From Trueperaceae bacterium (lineage in GTDB: Bacteria; Deinococcota; Deinococci; Deinococcales; Trueperaceae), in contig DASSXV010000074.1 in assembly GCA_035703635.1 (NCBI GenBank), forward strand, positions 1-64,000: a stretch of 64,000 nt of DNA, in the 5' to 3' direction. Position numbers and translations under genes: made by a program. The notes beneath the pieces were generated by a model. That model saw nothing but the letters and a program-made list of their open reading frames with translations, did no database searches and was not told the origin of the DNA. This document shows positions 48,115 through 56,260 of this stretch, piece after piece; within the stretch, counting starts at the first letter, position 1; each line of letters opens with the position of its first letter.

Positions 48115-49193
48115 GTCGTTAACACCACGGCTTTGCCAGGCGGCAACTCGAGCCACACCTCCGCGCCCTCGCGGACGCCGTGGCCCGTTACCACCGTCAG
48201 CTCCATGTCGCCAACGCGCACGTAACTCTCGACCAGGCGGCCAAGGTCACGCACGAACGTCACGCGGCCCTGAAGCGCCACGCCCGCAGGCGCCTGCGGG
48301 TGGAGGACCACGTCCTCAGGGCGGATGGACAACCATACGCTCCCGCCAGCGCCTGGCCGCACGGTGGCCGGCAGGCGCACGCCGAGCACGTTCACCTCGC
48401 TGGGGCCGGTGACGGTAGCTGGCAGCAGGTTGTTGGTGCCGATGAAGTCGGCCACGAAGCGGTTCACGGGCTGGCGGTAGATATCGAGCGGCGCACCCAC
48501 CTGCTGCACGCGCCCGGCGCCCATGACGACGACCAGGTCAGCCATCGTTAGGGCCTCCTCCTGGTCGTGCGTGACGATGATGGTCGTTATCCCAAGCTCC
48601 CGCTGCAAGCGCCGTAGCTCGACCTGCATGGCGCTGCGCAGCTTGGCGTCCAGCGCAGACAACGGCTCGTCCAACAGGAACAGGCTCGGGTCGAGGGCGA
48701 GGGCGCGGGCCATGGCAACGCGCTGGCGTTGGCCGCCAGAGAGTTGGCTTACGCCCCTGGCGCCCATGCCAGGCAGGCGCACGAGCTCGAGGAGTTCCTG
48801 GGCGCGCGCCGTGCGCTCGGCTTTCGGCACCCCGCGAATGCGGAGCCCATACGCCACGTTCTCCACCACGTTCAGGTGCGGGAAGAGCGCGAAGGACTGG
48901 AACACCATGCCGATGTTGCGCTGGTGCGCAGGTAACGCCGTGAGGTCCTCGTCGCCGAGGTACACGCTGCCGCTCGAAGGCGTCTCTAACCCGGCGATGG
49001 TGCGTAGGAGGGTCGTCTTACCGCAGCCGGACGGGCCAAGAAAACAGATGAGCTTGCCGCCAGGCAGTTCTAGGTTGACGTCGTCGAGCGCAACGGTGCT
49101 ACCGAACGCCTTCGACACTCCCCTGACCGCAAGCGCCCGCGCCGACCCCTCGCCAGCGGCTTGGGGTCGGCGCTGCGTGCCAGGGCGCGCCAT
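48111..49193 (-). CDS. ABC transporter ATPase (PotA-like, TOBE domain)
   Basis: GPSGCGKTT, LSGGQRQR, LLDEPLSALD and THDQEEA motifs. Confidence 0.93.
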   Translation of the reverse strand: MARPGTQRRPQAAGEGSARALAVRGVSKAFGSTVALDDVNLELPGGKLICFLGPSGCGKTTLLRTIAGLETPSSGSVYLGDEDLTALPAHQRNIGMVFQSFALFPHLNVVENVAYGLRIRGVPKAERTARAQELLELVRLPGMGARGVSQLSGGQRQRVAMARALALDPSLFLLDEPLSALDAKLRSAMQVELRRLQRELGITTIIVTHDQEEALTMADLVVVMGAGRVQQVGAPLDIYRQPVNRFVADFIGTNNLLPATVTGPSEVNVLGVRLPATVRPGAGGSVWLSIRPEDVVLHPQAPAGVALQGRVTFVRDLGRLVESYVRVGDMELTVVTGHGVREGAEVWLELPPGKAVVLTT

Positions 49194-49195
49194 GT

Positions 49196-50257
49196 TCAGC
49201 GGGTGACCCGCTCCGACCACACCTGGTTGATCCAGTCGCCGCGCTCCAGGTAGATGTCGTAGCGCGGGATGATCGGGGTGATGTCGGAAGAGACGCTAGC
49301 GAACTCCTCGTCCGTGAGGGTGAGGAACTCGCGCTGGACGGTCGGGGCGGTGCCCAGCTTGCGGGCGACCAGGTCCTGCACGGTCGGCTGCATGAACCAG
49401 TTGATGAACTCGAGTGCCTCTGGCAGCTTCGCGCTGGCGCGGCTAACGGCCCAGGCGCCGGAGTCGAGCACGCCGCCCTCGACCGGGAAGGTTGAGCGCA
49501 CCGGGAAGCCCTCGGCTGCCGCCAACCCAGTGACGTCGTGGTAGTACTCCCCCATCGGGATCTCGCCAGACTGCAGCGCCTGCTGGAACTGGCCCTCGTC
49601 GCGGTACCAGAGCTGCACGTTCGGCGCTAGTTCGGCGAGCTTGTCTACTACTTGGAGGATGCCGTCCTCGGTGTCCAGAATGTCGGTACCGCCGAAGAAG
49701 GTGGTAGCCGTGATCTCGAGCAGGTACGAGTTGATGGGCAGCGCCAGCAGGCCTTCCTGATTGGGGTGATCGCCCCAGAGTTCAGACCACGAGGTCGGCG
49801 CGATTGGGAACACGTCGCTGTTCGTGACGAGCGTTATGTACCACGACACGGCGCCGACGCCGACGAGGCGGCCCTGACCGTCGTAGCTGAGGAGTTGCGG
49901 GCGCATGTAGGTGAGGTTCGGCAGGTCGGCCTCGGTGAGAGGCGCCCACAAGTCGGAGCCCATGCCGCGAGCCAGTGGTCCCAGGGCCATCATCGACACG
50001 TCGGCCGGCGTCTGCCCTGCGCGGGCGGCGGCCTCGAGTTGCACGAGCCAAGCCTCGCCGGTTGGTTCGGCGACCGACTCGACCGCGATGCCGGTGTCGG
50101 CGGTGAAGAGCGGGAAGACATGCTCGTCGAAGCTGTCCTTGAAGTAACCGCCGTACACGCCGATCTTCAGGGAGCGCGGCTGCGCAGCGGCCAACGAAGC
50201 CAGCGCTAACAGCGCGGCGAGACCGACGGTGAGGAGTGAACGTAGACGGATGCTCAT
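49196..50257 (-). CDS. ABC transporter substrate-binding protein (PotD/polyamine-like)
   Basis: GGAGGT SD, signal peptide, YGGYF, PTSWSELW and FPVEGG motifs. Confidence 0.87.
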   Translation of the reverse strand: MSIRLRSLLTVGLAALLALASLAAAQPRSLKIGVYGGYFKDSFDEHVFPLFTADTGIAVESVAEPTGEAWLVQLEAAARAGQTPADVSMMALGPLARGMGSDLWAPLTEADLPNLTYMRPQLLSYDGQGRLVGVGAVSWYITLVTNSDVFPIAPTSWSELWGDHPNQEGLLALPINSYLLEITATTFFGGTDILDTEDGILQVVDKLAELAPNVQLWYRDEGQFQQALQSGEIPMGEYYHDVTGLAAAEGFPVRSTFPVEGGVLDSGAWAVSRASAKLPEALEFINWFMQPTVQDLVARKLGTAPTVQREFLTLTDEEFASVSSDITPIIPRYDIYLERGDWINQVWSERVTR

Positions 50258-50294
50258 CGATACCTCCGGTGGCGGCGGGGCCGCCAAGTGGCAA

Positions 50295-51488
50295 CTAGGT
50301 GGGGTCTTGGCTACTCGCGCTTGCGCTAGTCAACGCCGCGGCGAGGCGCGCGGACCCCAGCTCGAGGTTGGCCGGCGCGTAGTGCGCGAACGAGAGGCGC
50401 AGGCGGTCGTGCTGCACGTCGCTTGTCGAGAAGGCCGCGCCAGGAGCGAATCTTACGCCGTTCGCCACCGCCTGTCGCAGCGTGGCGCCCGCGGTGTCGG
50501 CCACGCCGGGCACCCGCAACCAGATGAAGTACCCGCCACGCGGCTCCATGAACTCAGCCGTTGGCAGGTGGTGGCGCAACGCTGCGCTCAGCACGGCCGC
50601 GCGCTGCTCGAAGGCGGCGTTCAGCTTCGTTAGGTGCGCGTCGGCTGCTCCGCTGCGCAAGGCGTGCTCGACCAAGGCGCCGACGAGAGGGTTCATGCCG
50701 CCGCCGCTCTGCAGCAGCCCCGAGTTCTCGAAGCGCGCGATGACCTCCGGCGCGGCGACGAGCCAACCGAGCCGCAGCCCGGGTGCGAGGATCTTCGAGA
50801 AGGAGTTGAGGGCAACGACGCGACTGGCGCCGTGACCAGCCAGCGAGCCCTGCGGCTGGTTGGAGAAGCTCAGGTAACGGTAGACCTCGTCCGCCAACAG
50901 CCAGGCGCCGTGGCGCTCGCTTACCTCGACGATGCGCTTGGCGCGTCCGGGGTCGAGGCTGGCGCCGGTCGGGTTGCCGAAGGCTGGCACGAGGTAGACG
51001 GAGGCTCCAGGGTGGCGGCTGAGCGCCTCGTCCAACGCCTCTGGCACCATGCCGCCGGCGTCGCTTGCCACGCCGACTTGCCTCAGGCCGTGGTCGCGAA
51101 AGACCAGCTTGGCGAGGTGGTAGGTGGGTTCCTCCACTAGCATCACGTCGCCAGGCTTGGTTACGAGGGTGCACAGCAGGTCGAGGGCTTGAGAGATGCC
51201 GCCCGTGACGACCAGCCCGTCCGGCGCCAGGGCGGCGCCATGCTCTTGTCTGCGGTTGGCGTACGCCGCTATCTCCTCGCGCAGGCCGAGCGGGCCGCGC
51301 TCGGCGCCGTACTGCAGCGTGGTCGGGTCGTGGCGTTCCATGACTACGGCGCCCGCTTCCGCCATGGCGTCGAACGGCAGCAGGTCGGCCGACGGGTGGC
51401 CCTTGCCGAAGTCAATGACAGCGCCCCCAGTTCCGCCCGAAGGCGGTCTGGGGGCGGAGCCGTGCAGCGCTTGTGAGTTCTGGTTCAA
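50295..51488 (-). CDS. Class I/II PLP-dependent aminotransferase (Aro8/MocR-core type, no HTH)
   Basis: LQYG, EEPTY, NPTG, DEVY and [14 protein letters not shown] motifs. Confidence 0.9.
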   Translation of the reverse strand: MNQNSQALHGSAPRPPSGGTGGAVIDFGKGHPSADLLPFDAMAEAGAVVMERHDPTTLQYGAERGPLGLREEIAAYANRRQEHGAALAPDGLVVTGGISQALDLLCTLVTKPGDVMLVEEPTYHLAKLVFRDHGLRQVGVASDAGGMVPEALDEALSRHPGASVYLVPAFGNPTGASLDPGRAKRIVEVSERHGAWLLADEVYRYLSFSNQPQGSLAGHGASRVVALNSFSKILAPGLRLGWLVAAPEVIARFENSGLLQSGGGMNPLVGALVEHALRSGAADAHLTKLNAAFEQRAAVLSAALRHHLPTAEFMEPRGGYFIWLRVPGVADTAGATLRQAVANGVRFAPGAAFSTSDVQHDRLRLSFAHYAPANLELGSARLAAALTSASASSQDPT

Positions 51489-52069
51489 GCGTTAGTGCCT
51501 GGCGTGGCGCCTGGCGTTGCGCCGAACGACACTTGCGGAACCGCCTTGTCGCCCTCCGGGATCTGCAGGAACACGGCTGGCTTCTTGCCCATCGGACCGG
51601 CGAGGAACACGGCTGGCACGGTCTCGATGAGGGTGTTGTACTGCATGACCGCGTCGTTATAGAACTGGCGCGCGTAAGCGATCTTGTTCTCGACGCCGGA
51701 GAGTTCCTCTTGCAGCATCTTGAAGTTCTCGTTGGCCTTGAGGTCAGGGTAGGCCTCGGCCACGGCGAACAGCTTGCCAAGGGCGGCGGTCAACACATTG
51801 GCGGCGTCAGCGGACTCGTTGACGGAGTGAGCGTTCATGAGGCCTGCGCGGGCGCGCGTGACTTCCTCGAACACGGTGCTCTCGTGGCTGGCGTACCCCT
51901 TCACCGTCTCTACGAGGTTGGGGATGAGGTCGGACCTGCGCTTGAGTTGCACGTCGATCTGGCTCCAGGCGTTCTGGTAGCGCTTCTCGTACGCGATTAT
52001 GCGGTTGTATATCGAGACCGCGTAGAAAGCTAACGCGACCAGGATTACGAGGACTATGAGGCCTCCCAT
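51485..52069 (-). CDS. lemA: LemA family protein
   Basis: [27 protein letters not shown] and [12 protein letters not shown] motifs. Confidence 0.95.
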   Translation of the reverse strand: MGGLIVLVILVALAFYAVSIYNRIIAYEKRYQNAWSQIDVQLKRRSDLIPNLVETVKGYASHESTVFEEVTRARAGLMNAHSVNESADAANVLTAALGKLFAVAEAYPDLKANENFKMLQEELSGVENKIAYARQFYNDAVMQYNTLIETVPAVFLAGPMGKKPAVFLQIPEGDKAVPQVSFGATPGATPGTNA

Positions 52070-52164
52070 GGTTGAACCTCCTGCGGCGATTGTAGCGGAA
52101 AGCGCCCTAGTGCATCGGGCCAGCCGCGTGGCAGGCGCTTAGCGGCGCCGAACACGGTTGCCGT

Positions 52165-53280
52165 TCACGCCTCGCGCGAGGAGATGACCCCACCGCCGAG
52201 GAGGCGCTCACCGCTGTAGATGACCGCGCTCTGCCCCGTTGCGACGGCGAACTGCGGGTCGTCGAACTCGAGCCTGAAGCGCTCCGCGCCAAGCAGCGTG
52301 AGGGTGGCGGGTTCCGGGCGCTGGCGGTAGCGCACTTGCGCCTCGACGCGTTTCGGTAGGTGCTCCTCCTCGACGAGGAAGTTGCCGCGCGTCGCCTCCA
52401 ACTTGCGCCAGTGGCACATATCGCGCGTGCCGACGACCACTTCGTTGGTCTCGGAGCGCAACTCGATGACGTAGCGTTCGAGGTGCGACTGCCGCAGTCC
52501 GAGGCCGCGCTTCTGACCGATGGTGTAGTAAGCCACGCCCTTGTGATCGCCTACCTCGCGGTAACCGTCCGACGCGTCAACGACCTTGCCTGGCACCGCG
52601 CGCGTGACCTCCTCGAGGTACGCCTTGACGGTGGTCGGCACGAAGCACAGGCCGGACGAGCTCTTCTTCTCTGCGGTGCGGAGGTGGCGCTCGGCCGCCA
52701 TGGCACGCACTTGCGCTTTGGTGAGGTCGCCTAACGGGAAGAGCAGGTAGCGCAAGATGCTGCGTGGTAGGGCCCACAGGAAATAGGTCTGATCCTTGTC
52801 GTCGTCTACGCCGCGGTGCAGCTCCGGCCCGTGCGGCCCGTCGATGCGGCGCACGAAGTGGCCGGATGCCATGTACTCGCAGCCGAGCGCCTGCGCGCGC
52901 TGCACGAACGCCCCGAACTTGATGTGGCGGTTGCACCACACGCACGGGTTCGGGGTGCTGCCAGCTTGGTAGGTCGGCACGAACGGGTCGATGACGATCT
53001 CCTGGAACGTCTCGCGGAAATCGAGTAGGTAGAACGGTACGTCCAGGTTGTCTGCCACGCGCCGAGCGTCGTAAGCGGCGTCCGGACTGCAGCACAGGTC
53101 GAAGGCGCCCTGCGGTTTGTCGTCAGGCCAGAAGCGCAGCATGCTCCCAACGACCTCGTACCCCTGCTCCGTGAGGATGGCGGTAGCAACGGACGAGTCG
53201 ACACCACCAGACATGGCGGCCAGCACCTTGACTGGCGTGACTGTTGGGGCGGTTGGTGAGGGCAGCGTCGAAGTGCTCAC
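52165..53280 (-). CDS. mnmA: tRNA 2-thiouridylase MnmA
   Basis: AMSGGVDSS, TPNPCVWCN, KDQTYFL and YTIGQKRGL motifs. Confidence 0.95.
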   Translation of the reverse strand: MSTSTLPSPTAPTVTPVKVLAAMSGGVDSSVATAILTEQGYEVVGSMLRFWPDDKPQGAFDLCCSPDAAYDARRVADNLDVPFYLLDFRETFQEIVIDPFVPTYQAGSTPNPCVWCNRHIKFGAFVQRAQALGCEYMASGHFVRRIDGPHGPELHRGVDDDKDQTYFLWALPRSILRYLLFPLGDLTKAQVRAMAAERHLRTAEKKSSSGLCFVPTTVKAYLEEVTRAVPGKVVDASDGYREVGDHKGVAYYTIGQKRGLGLRQSHLERYVIELRSETNEVVVGTRDMCHWRKLEATRGNFLVEEEHLPKRVEAQVRYRQRPEPATLTLLGAERFRLEFDDPQFAVATGQSAVIYSGERLLGGGVISSREA

Positions 53281-53408
53281 AGCAGCCGATTGTAAGTGTA
53301 GTGGCGGCTGGTGGCGGGCGCCGAGGTTACCGAGGCAAGCTAAGGGCGAGTCGGAGCGAGAGCAGAGAACTTCACTGCCACCCACCGCGTGCCAGCCGAC
53401 ACTAAGTG

Positions 53409-53531
53409 ATGGCTAGCGAGTTCGAGTTGCGTCAAGCGATCAACTCCGCACGCCGTGAAGTCGAAGAAGCCACCGCGGCGCTCGACGCCGCGTACGCGCT
53501 CTATAACCAGGCGCAGAGCGGCACCCGGTGA
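53409..53531 (+). CDS. Putative 40-aa helical microprotein MASEFELRQAINSARREVEEATAALDAAYALYNQAQSGTR
   Basis: Hand translation; mostly G/C third positions; amphipathic helix; GACACT 5 nt upstream. Confidence 0.55.
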   Translation: MASEFELRQAINSARREVEEATAALDAAYALYNQAQSGTR

Positions 53532-53641
53532 CGGTAGCTGCGCGCGTTCTTCCCACGCGGTCGCCTCGCTCCAAATAGACAAAGCGGGGCTGAGCCTCCC
53601 TTTGCTCGAGCCCGATAGTAGAATCGGGTCTGGAGGTGCCC

Positions 53642-54055
53642 ATGAAGAGCGTCCGAATCGTTCGGGTCATCCTGCTCCTGGCGTTGATCGCCTACCTGTG
53701 GCTCTTCCACAGTGCCAATCGGGTGCAGGTCGAACTCCCGATCCTCAACTACTTCTTGCCGCCCTTACCGGTGGCGTACGTGTTGGCCGTCGCCCTCGTG
53801 CTCGCTTGGGCGGTCGGTTTCATCCCGGCTAACCTGCGCGCCTGGCGCCGTGGTCGCGAACTCACGAAACTCCGCGCCCGCCTGGCCGAGTGGGAGGGCA
53901 CGAGCCAGCCGCCATTGCAGGCGCGGCCGCCGAGCCCAACCCAACACCCTGGCCCGCGCACTACCTACGTGGCGCCAGAACCAGACGTGCCGGTCATACC
54001 GGACCGCGGTAGCCCGTATCATGCGCCCGACGCTACTGACGACGAAGCCGGTTGA
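53642..54055 (+). CDS. LapA/DUF1049-like small membrane protein
   Basis: GGAGGT SD; TM-N-x-x-x-V-x-L-...-LP-TM-basic coiled-coil pattern. Confidence 0.65.
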   Translation: MKSVRIVRVILLLALIAYLWLFHSANRVQVELPILNYFLPPLPVAYVLAVALVLAWAVGFIPANLRAWRRGRELTKLRARLAEWEGTSQPPLQARPPSPTQHPGPRTTYVAPEPDVPVIPDRGSPYHAPDATDDEAG

Positions 54056-56256
54056 TGCCGACTGGCGTACCTGAAGCGCAGTGGTCCGTGCGGCCACCGG
54101 CGCCGCCGAGCGCCGTCGCGGCACTAAGCCGCGCTTTGCAGGTTCCGCCTGCCCTGGCCGCGCTTCTCTGGGCTAGGGGCCTGCGCGATGAGGCGCCTGA
54201 CCACCTCGCTCCTGCCCTCGCGCTCAGCCCCAACCCCGCCTTGGTGGAGGCCGCCAAGCGGCTGGCCGCGGCGGTGCGGAGCGGCAAACGCATCTTGGTT
54301 CACGGGGACTACGACGCAGACGGTATCAGCGGCACCGCCGTCCTCTACCTCGGCCTGCAAGAGCTTGGCGCAGACGTCGCCGCCTTCATCCCCGACCGCC
54401 TCACGGACGGTTACGGCGTGGCCATGCAGCGCGTGCCTGAGCACATCGCCCGTGCCGACCTCTTCATCACGGTCGACTGTGGGGTCACGAACCTATCAGA
54501 GATCGCGGCGTTGCAAGCCGCTGGCGTGGAGGTCATCGTCACCGACCACCACACGCCTGGTGGCGCACTGCCTGACTGCCTCGTGGTTCACCCCGGGCTC
54601 TCCCCCGCCGCTCGGCACGGATTGCCTGAGCTGACCGGCGCGGGCGTGGCCTTCCACCTCCTGTGGGCGTTGCACACGGAACTCGGTAAGGAGGCCCCGC
54701 TCGAGTACGCCGACCTCGCGACCATCGGCACCATCGCGGACGTAGCGCCGTTGTTGGGCGAGAACCGCGCCCTCATCCGCGAAGGATTAGCGCGCCTTGC
54801 CGACTCACGCTGGCCTGGACTGCGCGCCAGCGTGGCGCAAGCGCGCCTCAGCGCACCGATCGACGCGCGCAGCGTGGCGTTCGTGCTTGCGCCGCGACTG
54901 AACGCGGCGGGCCGGCTTGGCGAGGCTGACATCGGGCTCGAGCTCCTCACGACGCGCTCCGAGCGGCGCGCCGCCGAACTAGCCATCTACTTAGATGCCC
55001 GCAACGGCGAACGCCGCCAGATCCAGGACGCCATGTACGAGTCCGCGCTGCTCAAAGCCGACCCGGAGGCGCCAGCCATCGTGCTCGAGGACCCAAGTTG
55101 GCACCCAGGGGTGATGGGCATCGTGGCTAGCAAGCTCCTCGAGCGTTACTACCTTCCCGTGTTCATCGCGGCGGCGGGTAAGGGCAGCGTGCGCTCGACG
55201 CCCGGCATCTCGGCCGTCGAGGGCCTCCGGGCGGCCGCCCCCCACCTGCTGCGCTTCGGCGGTCACCGCCAGGCTGCTGGTTTTGCGCTCGACATGGCGA
55301 ACTTCGCGGGGTTCCGCGACGCCATCCACGCTTTCGCCGCGCAGCACCCGCGGCCGGTTCCCACGGTCGTAACCGACGCGGTGATCGGTGCAGACGAGGT
55401 CAACGACGGGCTCTACCGCGCCATCCTCGACCTCGAACCGTTCGGGGAGGGCCACCCAGCGCCGTTCTTCGCGCTGACGGACAGGCTCGACGCCGCCCGC
55501 GCCGTCGGGCAGGGCGGCAACACGCTGCAACTGCGCATCGGCGGAGTCAAGGGCGTGGCATGGCGCATGGGCGACCTCGCAACCAGCTTGCCGATCGGCG
55601 AGAACGTGAACGCCGCCGTGGAACTGGTGGAGAACGAGTTCCGTGACAAGCGCACGCTGGAGTTCCGCGCCGCTGGCGTGCGCCCGGCCGCCCCACTGCC
55701 GCTCGCGCCCGAAGTCGAGGTGAACGGCGCCACGGTCCAGGTCGTAGCGGCCAACGTGCGCCGCTCGGGTGCTGGCCGCGTGGTAGACGACCTCGGTCCG
55801 GATCCGGTAGCTACTTTGGAGGGGCTCGCGCGGCAGCAGGCTCCCACGGTGCTTGCCCTCACCCCAGCGGCCGTTCACGAGCTCGAGCGGGAGGCGCGCG
55901 ACTACCCGACGGTGGCTGAGGTGCGGCGCGAGCTCGTCGCGCGGAGGCGCGCAGCGCCGTCGCCGTTCCTAGAACCGAAGGCCGGGCGCATCTTGGCAGC
56001 ACTGCGGGAGCTCGGCACGTTGGACGCCAATGACCGGCCGCTGAGGCTGCCAGCGGGTACGCGCCTCTCCCCTTACGAGTCGCCAGCGCTCATGGCTGGT
56101 CTGGTGCGGCGCTACCAGTTGCGCACCTTCGTGCACGCCTACCGGCACCTAGATGAAGATGCCCTAGCAGTAACGATCATGCGGTTGTTCGGCGACGCGC
56201 CCGCATCCACGGCCGGGCCAACCGAGGCGGAGCGCGTGCCACACGCCATATACTGA
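54055..56256 (+). CDS. recJ: ssDNA exonuclease RecJ
   Basis: GDYDADG, TVDCG, TDHH, GTIADV, PRLNAAGR and GGH motifs. Confidence 0.95.
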   Translation: MPTGVPEAQWSVRPPAPPSAVAALSRALQVPPALAALLWARGLRDEAPDHLAPALALSPNPALVEAAKRLAAAVRSGKRILVHGDYDADGISGTAVLYLGLQELGADVAAFIPDRLTDGYGVAMQRVPEHIARADLFITVDCGVTNLSEIAALQAAGVEVIVTDHHTPGGALPDCLVVHPGLSPAARHGLPELTGAGVAFHLLWALHTELGKEAPLEYADLATIGTIADVAPLLGENRALIREGLARLADSRWPGLRASVAQARLSAPIDARSVAFVLAPRLNAAGRLGEADIGLELLTTRSERRAAELAIYLDARNGERRQIQDAMYESALLKADPEAPAIVLEDPSWHPGVMGIVASKLLERYYLPVFIAAAGKGSVRSTPGISAVEGLRAAAPHLLRFGGHRQAAGFALDMANFAGFRDAIHAFAAQHPRPVPTVVTDAVIGADEVNDGLYRAILDLEPFGEGHPAPFFALTDRLDAARAVGQGGNTLQLRIGGVKGVAWRMGDLATSLPIGENVNAAVELVENEFRDKRTLEFRAAGVRPAAPLPLAPEVEVNGATVQVVAANVRRSGAGRVVDDLGPDPVATLEGLARQQAPTVLALTPAAVHELEREARDYPTVAEVRRELVARRRAAPSPFLEPKAGRILAALRELGTLDANDRPLRLPAGTRLSPYESPALMAGLVRRYQLRTFVHAYRHLDEDALAVTIMRLFGDAPASTAGPTEAERVPHAIY

Positions 56257-56260
56257 ACGA

